Shown here piece by piece: positions 26,401-38,435 of a DNA stretch of 64,000 nucleotides. The position numbers and the translations under genes are program-made. Numbering within the stretch: position 1 is the stretch's first letter; each line of letters begins with the position of its first letter. Source of the stretch: Marsupella aquatica (lineage: Eukaryota; Plantae; Marchantiophyta); assembly GCA_973895155.1 (NCBI GenBank), contig OZ316894.1, positions 9,904,279 through 9,968,278 of the forward strand, in the 5' to 3' direction. The notes under the pieces were generated by a model that saw only the letters and a list, made by a program, of their open reading frames with translations, was not told where the DNA came from and made no database searches.

Positions 26401-28087
26401 TGTCTGTGGCCTTGCAGACAGACGAAGGTTGGTTCAAATGCCCAAGCCAGGCACCTTATCTGTGCAACCAAGTCACATTAACAAAACATTGACAGACACA
26501 TGTGTGGCTGCTGACGCTAGTCCTCATATGATATTGAGTGGATCAGATCTATATGCTAGGTGCTTATCTGAAGCAGAAGATACTTTGGAGTCCTCCCCGA
26601 GTTCTTCCATTGTCCACCAAATTGATACTGATGTAAAATCTGTTGATCAAACACAAAGCTCACCTATCAGCTCACTGAAACATGACCCGTATGGAAGCCA
26701 AGGTCTTGATGGCGAATATTCTGCAACATCTGTAGGCCACGTAGAGTCACAGAAAAATGGGGTGCAAGAGGATTGGAACTATGTCGCAGTGGATCAGCTG
26801 GAAGAGTGTCTGGACACGTGCCTAGCAGCTCTCAGACCTCTTCCTTCTGGATCACAGCATTGCCTTCCTGGACTTGATGTTCCAGAAAATGCTCAACAAT
26901 TCATTACTGCGGACCAGAATGTCGAGAACAGGAAGAATGTTGATAAGCTATCTGTCAATACATATGAGGTAGTCCAGCAGGTACCGAGGACCAGGTCGGA
27001 CATTGGTGAGCCTGATAATAAACCCAGCAGTCTTAATGGAAGTGCTTTAAATGAATCCAGGACGCGGTCGGATCTAGTCACGTCACAAGCCACTCCGGTT
27101 GATGGAACTGATCACTTGGAATTCTCTTCTGGTCCTCTGCAAGAGACAGGCTCTAAGCAGGTACAAACTACCTCTCATACATGTTTTTCTGAATTGCAGC
27201 TTTGACACAACTCAAAAACATTCTAAATTCGCTTTCGTTTTGTCTACTGTCCAAATTCTACTTTCCGAAGGTTCTTAGTTCTCGAGCTCTAATGGCAGTA
27301 TGGAATATGAAGTGTTGATGATTGGTTGGTCTAAATTGCGGATGTGTCACAGATGGAAAATCCAGTCCAAGGTAGAAGTCTTGGTAGGCAGACCTTGAAG
27401 CAGAATGAACAACGGTTGAAGCAATTTGCCCAAGTGTTTCTATTACAAAGGCATATTGCACTCCAACAACAACGTGCTCAAGCAGCACCTCCGTTTCCTC
27501 CACCTATGCCTTCGGGATCCGAGATTCCTAGTCAAGTGGTGAATCAACCACTCGAGGTTGAAAGCAGGGGGCATGGGGACGTTGCTATCAGTAGTACCAG
27601 TGTACATACTCATGCAAAATTAAGTCAGGTAGTTGCAGGGAGGCCAACAGAGGATCACATGGTCTGTGAGATCACTGACCCTAGCGATGAGCAAACGGCG
27701 AGCAGAAACTCCCAAGCAGATCAGAATGCAGGTGCCAAACAGGTAGTAGAGAGACCTGGACCAGATGTTGTCTTGGACATGGTACTACTGCTGAGGCGCA
27801 TCGAGGCTGAATATGGGACGTCAGAAGCTAATTTTGAGGGCGAAAGCAGCACATGGTGCACATCAGGATGTGGTGATGTCGAAGAGGGTGTACCTCTATT
27901 GGGGAATTCGGATTCGATGAGGAGGGAGAGCTCCGTGGCCAAGTTCGCCAATGCTGTAAGCATGAAACATATCAGCATACCTGATGTGAATGCCGTGTTG
28001 CTTGTATTTATTGCAATGGTCGTATACACAAGGACAATTTGCAAGGGTCTCTTTTTCGGGGCGAGGCAAACCCACAGGAGACCCTGA
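23471..28087 (+). CDS. Large multi-IQ-motif (calmodulin-binding-type) protein, ~1474 aa, with C-terminal hydrophobic segment
   Basis: Acceptor TTGCAG|ATG at 23471. Exon 23471-27160 (CAG|GTAC) joins 27353-28087 (CACAG|ATG) in phase 0. ~20-23 [ILVMF]QxxWRxxxxR motifs at ~24290-26430. C-terminus VNAVLLVFIAMVVYTRTICKGLFFGARQTHRRP*. Upstream coding exons cannot be excluded. Confidence 0.85.
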
Positions 28088-29298
28088 ATGGATGACCAGT
28101 CTGGTCATTTTTACACGATGTCGAATTGAGGATGACGTAGTCAATCCTGGCCTGTTCCAAAGCTTTATATTTGATTTTTGACCTTGGAACGGTATTGTAT
28201 TTACACAGAATTTAAGTTATTGTCGATTTAGTGCAGTACAGGTGCTAAGACACGGTGGTTGAAGGAGGCCTTCGGCAGCCTCATAGAGTGACTTCAAAAT
28301 TTTGCAAAGCCCTATACAGTAGCAATCCCTCGGCAAGTGAGGACCTGGGATATCTCCTTGTCTCTAGTGTGGAGGGAACCCATTCTTTCCCATTCGTATG
28401 CGATTAGACCAATAATTGGCTCACAGAGCTGACCCTTGTACCAAATGATACTGAAATAAATTGTAACGTTATTGGTGTAGCCATAAGCATCGTTCGTGTG
28501 GACGTTGTGAGGCTTTTTAATACTCGAAACTGCTTCAAAGTTATGAATATCCTCCTCCAGTTGTGAACGTCCGAGGGGAGCTATGCTTTGCCTGTCTAAT
28601 TGTCTGTCGTGCCTACCTGCATTATACTGCGAATCTGATGTTTTGTTGGGGAAAGATCGAGTCATTTTGTCTGGCCGATGAAAGGAGGGATGGCTACTCA
28701 GAAGGGATTGCCTTTTGTCCTGAATGGTTTATTCGACTGGAGCTCCTTGAACCAATACAGCATTGTACAAGCAGATACAATGTACCAACTGATTTAGGTT
28801 TACATAATTCAAAACTAGCTATTTCAAAATATTGGCTACCACTCCATTCCTAGCCTAGCGTATATCTTGTATATTCTCCGTTTATGGAACTCTTTCATGT
28901 TGAGTATTATCGTGAGTTATCATTTTCATGAACCCGACGAGTTTTGCACAGAAAAGGTACTGACCGACACCTTTAGGCCCATCTCATGGGTAGTATAAAA
29001 ATATCTCATGAAGCAAACTGCCTCGATTCATTACACCCATTTTCCTTTCTATAAACAGATAAAGGATGGTAACTGGAAGTCTTGTTGAACATAAGTGATA
29101 TGGCCAGGCAATCGATTGCTGTGGGACAGTTAGAAAACTGGCCTGGCAATTGGATTCTGAGTTCTCATAAAACAAGCAGCCTCCCTTCATTCCCACCCAT
29201 TTTGCTTTCTCTAATCGGACCAAGGGAAACTGGCAGGATAGTGTACTATAGTGTGTACAAAGATAGACATAGATGGATTACATGTTTTAGTGTGCAAA

Positions 29299-29326
29299 AG
29301 ATAGATAGATAGATAGATAGGTAGAT
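29299..29326. repeat. (GATA)n microsatellite
   Basis: AGATAGATAGATAGATAGATAGGTAGAT is directly visible. Confidence 0.9.
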
Positions 29327-30615
29327 TTTAATGTAAACACCGACTCATCAACTTTTTCTCCATGTTTTCTAAGCTAGACAATGAAATCTAGAATAATCAA
29401 CCTTTTGCAGATACTACTCCGTCCTCGAAAATGCCAATGTCATGTCCGTAGCATGACGAGAGGATTCCTGCTTCTGCTACACATTCGGAGCCAAAAGTTC
29501 TGAGGCAAAAGATGTGCGTGAGTACGACTGTAGTACAAAGTGTGAATGATGCTGAGACATAATGGAAAACGTGAGTCGCAGTGAGACGACAGCACCATCA
29601 TCAGGGAACGAAGAAACGAGCATGCATTGATGAGTGCGTATTGATTTGCTTCCGCCCATTTATCCACAGGCACCGACAACGATGTGAATCTTGTCACGAA
29701 GGTCAGTTGTAGCACGATGAAACCCATAATTGCGTGAAAAGAGGGCCAGACGACGACCGAATTGCACTCTGGATGGGCCTCCGACGAGTCCAGTCCGCCC
29801 TATTCAATTTGATGGGATCGGCAGGAAAGAAGAGTTTGGGCCAGACGCTGAATGGTTGCCGCTCCGAGAGTCATCCTAATTGCTCGTGAATAGCGCAATA
29901 TCGTGAGTCCTGCGTTGTCGCAAATGAAATTCGCAATCTGCAGAAAGAGAACTTAGTCGGTGCATATTTAAGAGAGCGAGAGAGAGTAGCTCTCAAGTAA
30001 GAGGTCGGTGGTAACAATGGGGGGAGTTCTTTCTCTGCGGATGAGTATTCAGTTGGATCAAATTGGAACCTATTCGGTTGGATAAAATTGATCTGTCCGG
30101 ATGCGCAGTAAGGGTAAGTACAGAGAGAGTTTGTGAAGAAATTGTGGATATTGTAGGCATCAGGTCGTTCTTCCACCGGGCCCGACTTGTGAAGCTATGC
30201 CGGCAGCAGCTAAGAGCCATTACCATGTATGGGATAGAGAGGGCCTTTCTGATGGTGCGCAACTCGTAATCGGTGTTGCCGGCCCCCTACCGAAATAGCT
30301 GTGTCGAAGGTGGGGCAAAGTGCGATATCTTTACCAAATGCTACATACGCTGGTCCGCTGATGTTCAGCATCGTATGAAATCCTGATGCCGACCGGCCGT
30401 GAAGTATTAAATATCCAAGGATTGAATCCATGCAAGCAAGACGCGGAACACAGCAAGGGTTTCCAGCAGCCTTGAAGTGGACATGTAATGGTCCTCTACT
30501 GATGGGAGTCGTGCAAATTCCGAACCATTCGGCCTCTTGGTTGTCTTTTTGGAGTGTCTAATTCTCTGAGACTTCCTGAAGCAGACGTCAAACACAAAGA
30601 GAGAAGGCAATAGGC

Positions 30616-33264
30616 ATGTCAGAGGTTGCAGGGACGGTTGCTGCAGTGTCTGCGGCGCTGTTTTTCGGTTCATATGGTAAGTGGGTTCTCTTCTGTTCTT
30701 CTTCCCTTTCAGTGATTTAGGAAAAGTCTTCCGCAACACGGTCGAGCATAACGTAGAGAACGAAGCATATTGAGCTTTAGGTTTCCACTGTTTCCATATT
30801 GAGCTCTAGAGAACGTGTAAAATAAGGGTGATTCATCGCCTTCGATAGAGCTCGGGTGCTTTCTGTGGACTTCCCAGGGCCCTCATGACCTTCCTTCAGC
30901 CAATGTCACCATGCACATTCCCTTTTTAAAAAATAAGATTTGGAGAGAAGTAACCGCTATATTTACCCAAATTGAATCATTTTTGTAGGAACTCGTGATG
31001 CTGTAGTTGAAATTCCGTTCGCAGTATGCGTCAAGAGGAGAGGATTCCTACTGTCCTGAACATCTTAAGAACAGGGGGCCATTCCCACTGAATTGCATAA
31101 ATTGGAAAGATTGCCTTGAGCACAAAGTCAGACGAGGTAGTCTTCAAGATATGTAGTTATTGTAGTTTCTAGAAAGACCCATCAGGTTCGAACACCTTTC
31201 TTATAGCAGCTGTCTTTTCGCAGGTCTCCCATATCTTGGTTATATGCATGGAACCTAACCAGGGCTGTTTCTCATTTCTGATGCAGCGGTACCTCTCAAA
31301 TTTCCTTCAGTGTTGGCAGCTCACGTTGACCCCATAGTCTATCAGACATACAAGTCGATTGCATGCTTTACAACATCATGGCTCGTTCTACTTGTCGTGG
31401 TATGGATTCCCTATCATTCTCCCTATTTTCGCAAACAGCAAAGACGCCTAGACGAGACGACTCCTTTTTGTGTTATAATGGAATTTTTGCTCTCGTTCAC
31501 AAGCACCTGTTTTCAAACTTTGGAACTTGAGACAATAATTTAAGTCCTGCAATGCAAAATCCAAATCTGGCAAAATGCGTTCCAATGTACTGATCTCGTC
31601 TAGTTGTGTGTGGTTTAGGACAAATTCATCTAATATTTCAAGTTGTCTAACTCAAGAACTGATTTGCGACTTGCAGCCCCTGAAGTTCACATGGTGGGGA
31701 ATGGTGGGGGCTACCTTGTGGTCCTCGACAGGCATTGTGGCAATCATGGCTGTGCGTTGGGCAGGCATTGGAGTGGCCCAGTCGCTCTGGAGTGGCATCA
31801 GTAGTATGAAGCTCGACCTCTCGCACTCCACTCTATCTTTCTCTGTGTTGGATTGCACGAAAACCCTAGTCGTGGTTGAAATAGATTGTGTCTTGTTGTT
31901 ACGTGTTGCTTTTAGTTTTGCAGCTTCTTAATTAGTGTCCATGGACTTTCTCAGGGCAAAGAAGTTTAGTTGCCATCTCTGCTTCACATGCCTGAAGGAG
32001 TCTGTCCTAATTTTGCTTCCCCTTGTCTTCCGCTCTAACACGTGCACATGTATTTGTCCCTGTATGCACAGTTTTTGTGTCCTACATCTGGGGAGCTTAT
32101 GTATTTGCTGAGCCTATACAAAATCCCGCTTTGTCTATGATGGCTCTTGGTGTCATGGCGATCGGGATGACAGGAATTGGGATGGCTGCCTCGGGGAAAT
32201 TTTCCAACAAAGTCCCTTCATCTAAGCGGGAAGACGAAGATTTCGTTGACCTCTTGCCTTTGGACAGTGAGGGGAAGACAATTCTGTCCCGATCAGTCAG
32301 AGATGAAAAAGGCCACTTGAAGTACAAGAAAGACTCTAAATTTTCACACGGGGTCATCTGTGCAGTTATCGTGGGCATCTCAAATGGAAGCTTCTTGATA
32401 CCTTTAAAGTATGCCACACAGGTGAGCCGTTCAGGGATTGATACGCGTTGTCTTCGATCACCAGAATACAAGCACATTTTTAAATTGTTCTTAGCAGAAA
32501 TATTCTTAGTTCCTGCAAAAAATTTCGACTTGAACAGAACTAGAACTGGGACGCTAATTTGTTGAAGTCGTGCAGGAAGTTAAGGGTGTGGAGTACTTGG
32601 TTTCTTTTGGAGTGGGGACCTTAACAATCACATCATTTATTCTCCTGTGCCATTCAATACTTCAAGTTTTGATGGGAAGACCACGACCAGCAATGCAATT
32701 TAGAGTAGCTGCGGGACCTGCTTTGCTGACAGGCGTATTGTGGAGTGCGGGCAATGTTGCTAGGTAAATAATGATCTCCTTTCAATTTCAGATTGAATTA
32801 CAGTTCCAACTAGAAGGAAATGAACAGGCTCTGATCGTCAAGGGTTGATTGAGCTCAGGCAGGACAAGTAGGGAAAAAATATATATGAAGTGTCGATTCA
32901 CTTTCAGAACTACGTGGGCTGCTAGCAGGTAAGTTCAACATTATTCAGTCTTGTTTCTGTGTTCGACGTTCCTAGATGTGACGCAATTCTTGCACGCTGA
33001 GTCTAAACATGCGACACCCATCTGAAATATTTGTGGTTTTGAATGTGCAGCATCTATGCAATGCAGTATTTAGGACTGGCACTGGGGTGGCCGTTAGTCC
33101 AATGCCAGCTGCTAGTAAGTGCAATGTGGGCTGTTTTCTACTACGAAGAAGTCACTGGACAAAAAGCAGCGATTGTCTTGCTGGCATCTTGTGGCCTTGT
33201 GGTTGTTGGTGCAGTACTGCTTTCACAGTTTGGCACAGTTAGCCATCCCAGTCATGGACACTAG
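30616..33264 (+). CDS. TMEM144-like / DMT-superfamily multi-pass transporter, ~350 aa
   Basis: Six exons (30616-30676, 31287-31399, 31677-31803, 32072-32421, 32576-32763, 33051-33264) join in frame, 1053 nt. Motifs FFGSYAVPLK, DPIVYQTYKS, GIGVAQSLWSG, GSFLIPLKY, LLTGVLWSAGN and LGLALGWPLVQ. About 10 hydrophobic segments. Confidence 0.85.
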
Positions 33265-33890
33265 ACAGAAACAGGCCCATTCATTCATCTACACCACTAA
33301 ATTCAAGAACAATGGTAAGCATCCAAAACAATCCAAGGTTTAGCTCGAAATGATTGTTCAAGACACAGTACATTTGCGGAAACATTCCACTGTTTTGCCA
33401 GTAGAAGAGTGGTCGAAATCATTGTTCATTACACTGAGCCTTCGCGGGAGGTTGTAATTTTAATTGTCAAGGATTAGGTGAGGCCGGTGGACTTCCTTAT
33501 GACTTGTTCCAGTAACACAAGCGTAGTGACGAATTTATCCTACCTGTCCACAGATTTAGACCCCGAGAATGAGCTTCAAAGCTATGAACGGGCAAATAAA
33601 TCTGTGAGAAGGAAAGCCCACAAGTGACACTTCTCCTTTATGGTACCCAAGCATTGGCTTGTGACACATGTTGTGTTATGCATCTGTCTTGGCGTAGTTA
33701 TAAGGTTGGACAAAGTGTGATGACAACTGAATCTGGTGTCCTCTGCGACTAATGGCATCGTGAGATCCTGCAGTCGTCCTATACCTGTGGAAGCCAGGGA
33801 TGGTTTCTGTAACACGTCTGTTCCCTCAGCCTACATTGTGCCAATTGGGAAGTTTTCTCCACGGAAATCTCAAAATTCACAACCCATGAC

Positions 33891-34784
33891 TCACTGGTTG
33901 GTTTCATTCCGTTCCAGAGCTGTTGCACAACAGAAGTCACATAAAACCCCGGTTAAGTTTAAAAGTCACGGGCCAGCTGCAATAGAAATGATACCATCAT
34001 ACATCGCATAGTGACATCTGCGTCCAAGTTCAGGGCATGACAAGTTCTTCGTGTGCACAGACAACTCCCAGCTCCTGGCTTCGTTGACTCGAGAACAATC
34101 TGTAGCATGCATTCTCCTACGGGCCATCCTATCAAAGTAAAAGCAATCACTTTTGGAAGACCATTGTAAGGATGCATAAGCAAAGACAGAAGAAAGAAAT
34201 CGAATTGATGACCACATCCAGAACAGAATACATACTGTTATAATTCAAGAGCTTCTCAATGAGGTCCACATGAGTCATAAGCATCCGGCGGCAGCAATAC
34301 CGAACTAAGCCCAACGCATCCAGAGCATCGCTGCCAGTGGTCAACAACAACGCCAATCGTAAACCGAGATCGCGATGTAAATTTTAGGGTTTACAGAAAT
34401 GGAGTCGATTCAATGGTAACCTCTCTCACAAATCTTTGTCGGAAGGGACAAAATTTATCAACAAGGTCGCTCAATCGAGAGTTGAAACTCACCCTTCAGA
34501 ATAGTCAGCCTGTAGAAGGTCCAGGTATGTGTCCCATTTGTTCCTTATGACCTGGTTCCACAAGTAAACGACGACCTCAGATATCTATCCATCCAAATCT
34601 CTCTCGTCCGCAACAAGTTATGCTATAGCAAAGCTAATTTTGCGGACGAGCTTCGCCTTTATTCAACTGACCAAACACTGGATGAACATGGATGCTTTAT
34701 ACAGCTTGTTGAATCAGCTGACCATTGCAGAGAAGCCGTAACCCTTACCTTGCCACAGGTGAAGCATCGTACCGGAATGATCAT
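33891..34784 (-). CDS. RPB10: DNA-directed RNA polymerases I/II/III shared subunit RPB10 (RPABC5), 72 aa
   Basis: Exons 34784-34749, 34551-34493, 34330-34236 and 33919-33891 give [72 protein letters not shown], with the CxxC...CC zinc motif. Confidence 0.95.
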
Positions 34785-35029
34785 CTTGGCTTCTCAGCCC
34801 TCGTGAAGTGGGGCCAACAGAAAAGGGGCGATTCTGCGCCTGTCTCGAATTTATCGAGCTCGCTAGGTTCGCCCCAGTGCCAAAATCTCGCTCTCAATTC
34901 CCGATCGCGCTTGAGAATTTGTCGTTCGCAGAAGTCTTCGACGACAAGAACTGAAATTCTGGGTCCAAAGCTCCGGAATTCTCGGGATCTGTTTAAATGT
35001 AGAGTCTACCGTGTCTAAGAGATCTCCTC

Positions 35030-35530
35030 CATTGTACGCTATTTGCTTACTGTAGACATTAAATAAATCTTCCTTATAAAGAGAGAAGGGTAAGGTGACA
35101 AGGTTCAATACTTGTGTGTGTGGGTGGGGTGTACTGTTGTAAGTATTGAATTTTTCCAATGGTAAGGTCCCAAGGTTCAATACTTGTGTGTGTGGGTGGG
35201 GTGTACTGTTGTTGTAAGTATTGAATTTTTCTAAGGGTAAGGTCCCAAGGTTCAATACTTGTGTGTGTGGGTGTAGTGGTGGGAAGTATCTATTATAGCT
35301 ATTTGCTTACTGCAGACATTAAATTTTACTTAAATCTCACTTATAAAGTGAGAAGGGTAAGGTCCCAGGTTCAATAGAGGTGTGTGGGTAGGGTGTAGTG
35401 GTGGAAGTATTGGTTATTTTCTCAGCCCCTGGTGGACCCACTTTGGGGCCCTGGTTTAACACTCTCTCCCTCCTGGGATGGGTCCCTGTTGGATCCCTGG
35501 TAGCGTGACTTGTGGGCTACCTTACCTAAA
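35030..35530. repeat. Tandem ~72-75-bp units (GGTAAGGTCCCAAGGTTCAATACTTGTGTGTGTGGGT...) within an interspersed repeat related to ~18440-18600
   Basis: 3-4 copies between 35088 and 35420. Shares GGTTCAAT, GGGTGTAGTGGTG and TTGTGGGCTACC with ~18480-18600. Confidence 0.75.
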
Positions 35531-35571
35531 ATTTCATACTCCATAGCAGGACATCTATCGTCTGTTGGATA

Positions 35572-35915
35572 TGTTAGATATTGCTCTAGTCTTGTGACTC
35601 ATGAGCTAACCACAGTTAGTCTAACTTGGGTTAGGACTTAGCTAATGTTAGCGGTAGTGCTGTTGTGCATATAGCCAGGGCTGATGCCAGACCCTGGTGG
35701 AACTTAGGCTCATTGTTACGGAGCTAGTTGAGAGATAGGGAGAGCTTGTGTTGTGGATGCTTGGTATGGCCGATCGGCCTAGAGTGCAGTAAAGCTCTTG
35801 TGTGTTCCCGTGGACGTAGCCTCATGTGGAGGTGAACCACGTATCTCTCTGTGTCGACTATTGTGCGTTGGATGGTTCATGGGCTTGCCGTTGCGAATGT
35901 CGTCTATGCTCAACA
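35572..35915. mobile_element. Solo LTR (same family as 4720-5076, opposite orientation)
   Basis: TGTTAGAT...GCTCAACA with 5-bp TSD GGATA at 35567-35571 and 35916-35920. Confidence 0.9.
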
Positions 35916-37127
35916 GGATAGGCCTTCTGTTGGCGTCAAGGCAAAATTACACTCACCAGATGAGTCTTTTTTTCCTTTGGCGCATTTTGGGGGAGCGATT
36001 GACATAAAGGCAAATGCGAGCCTTTATGTACTGAAATTGCCAATACTCCCCTATATACAGGGGCTAGTCACCAGATCTAATGTAAATCTAGGAAGATCTG
36101 GAGACAATTTATTACACATCTGTCAGTACATACTGGAGTACTGGACATAAATTATGTCCCCATACCAAAGAATGAACTCCCAAAGCAAATTCTTTTACCC
36201 CCCTTTACTGGGTCTCTTGCCTTTGGGGTCTTGTCTCCCCGATTGACACTCTATTTTGTTTAGCAGTCTAATATACAAAAAGTAATGCCCAAATGGACTG
36301 GCAAGTCCTTAGCCATCCATAGGGGCAGCCTGGACTACCGTATCAACATCTGAAATTGCTGGCATAGTACTATTTACATGTTGTATTGGAAAGATGACCT
36401 GTTCCAGCTTCTGAAAAGTGACACTGTTTTCAGTTCACCCAAGTGATCACATTGTCATCAAGCCACATGCATATAAAGCCTGCAGCCATTGTTACCACTC
36501 CATACTAGTTGCCATTCATTGCTCTATCCGAGTGTTACCCTAAGTACCTCCTGTGCAAAATCATAAACCAAAAGCTATGGGGTCACAATAGGGCATCTCA
36601 AAGCTATATAGTCACAAATAATGACTCTTGGCCATAAACAAAAGGCCATAGCTTGCTTCTAGCCTCTAGAGTGACTTATGGTCATGGCATCTGACCAAAA
36701 ACATTGGCAAAAAGTTATCAATTATTTGATAGTCCATAAATTTTTCCTGTGTTGGTAACCTTAACTACTAAGTTCAAGTCCATCAAATTTTGATGTTTGA
36801 GACCACCCAAACTGCCCAGTTGCACACCAACAAATGCAGTGATGTTCTCTCTGACCGTGGTGAGACACTCTTACCAAGTTGCATAGAGGGCTGCCCTACG
36901 GGCCCCTCAGGCCAATGTCCAAGCTGCCCAGCTCTGAACGCTCCTTTCTACCATATAACAAGTGGAGGATGGCACAACAGGTGGGGATGCTCTGACCAAT
37001 AGGGTTAGCTTGCGACAATACTCTACACACTACTGGGTGACCAATTTCCACCCCACAACAGTAGTGAACTAAAGTTCAGCCAATAAAGAGGCTACACCAG
37101 ATCAAGGAGAATATAACAAAGGCCAAA

Positions 37128-38280
37128 GCAGGCATGGCTGAGTGGTAGCTCACTGGACTTGAGTACTCATAGGTCTTGGGTTCAACTCTTATAAGTGGCT
37201 CGTGTTGCCTCCCTTTCCATGGGGTTTCACGGATTTCCTCAAAATTTTTAAAAAGAAACGAAGAATTATAGGACAAAGGGGAAGGTCCCCCTTGTTTCCA
37301 TGGAACCCGTCTCGAAGCCAAGGATTGGGGGTGTGCTGCTCTACGCAATCATGGTTTCATGGGACAGAACAAGAGAAACAGTGGAAGCGAGGTGAGCCGG
37401 TAGCCGGCTGAGTGGTAGCTCACTTGACTAAGGACTCATAGGTCTCGGGTTCAACTGTTATAACTGGCTCATGTTGCCTCCCTTTCCGTGGGGTTTTGCA
37501 GATTTCCCCTTTTGAAAAAATAATAATTTTAAATAGGAGAATAGGACGAGAACTAAAGCCCAGATAGACCTCCACTTTGTCTATGAAGCCCGTATGGACT
37601 TGCTCAGAACATCTAAACTGACTCAGATAACAAAATTTACACTTGTGACTGAAATGTAACCTATAAATGGTACTCATTACCTTGAAACTGACAGATGTCA
37701 AGACGTCATGCCATTACTCAGAATCACCATACTACATTCCCCCCAAGGTAGTCAAAGTCGTCAACTGCAATCCGCAACTGGGTCCTTTTTTGTTCCCGGT
37801 GTAAAAACGATGATTGCTTTACGCAGTCCATGGTCGGTCCATCCGGGATTTTGTTTCATAGGATGACAGGGAAGGTCCCCTTGTTTCCATGGAACCTGTC
37901 CGAAGCCAAGGATTGGGGGTGTGCTGCTCTACCCAATCATGGTTTAGTGGAACAGAACAAGAGAAACAGTGGAAGTGATCACTTCATGAAGTGGGAGTGG
38001 TAGCTCACTGGACTAAGAACTCATAGATATTGGGTTCAACTCTTATAACTGGCTCATGTTACCTCACTAATCCATGGGGTTTCACTGATTTTCCCCTTTT
38101 GAAAAAAAAATTATTACAAAAAAACGAAAAGGAGAATAGGACGACGGGGAAGGTCCCCTTGTTTCCATGGAACCCGTCCGAAGCCAAGGAGTGGGGGTGT
38201 GCTGCTCTACACAATCATGGTTTCGTGGGACAGAACAAGAGAACGAAAAACAGTGGAAGAGAGATGAGAGATGAGCCGAT
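37128..38280 (+). mobile_element. Head-to-tail array of three tRNA-derived SINE-like units (middle unit interrupted)
   Basis: A-box-like (T/C)GGCTGAGTGG at 37135 and 37405. B-box-like GGTTCAACT at 37179, 37448 and 38033. The heads are followed by the same body (GGAAGGTCCCC..TTTCCATGGAACC..GTGTGCTGCTCTAC..GAACAAGAGAA). Confidence 0.7.
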
Positions 38281-38435
38281 AGACAGAGCCAATGTTTGAT
38301 GGGATTCAGATTATTACAGAGCGAGCAAGCAAAGCAAATCAAGCAAGCAAGGCAAGGCAAGGAACAAGAAATCGGCGATCGAGGAGCTTGCTCTGGGGCT
38401 GATCTGCTGGAGGAACACGTTTGCAGTCGAGGAGG

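Noticed and set aside
23471-28087. Assigning ASPM, myosin or KASH identity
   Set aside because: No CH, ASH or motor domain is seen, and the tail lacks the plant KASH-type xVPT ending.
33966-34100. Alternative long last exon of RPB10
   Set aside because: The acceptor is plausible, but 33919-33891 gives the canonical TLE.. C-terminus and nothing supports the longer form.
37394-37470. Functional tRNA gene
   Set aside because: The D, anticodon and T arms pair poorly and the same head recurs with a shared non-tRNA body, so it is treated as SINE-like.
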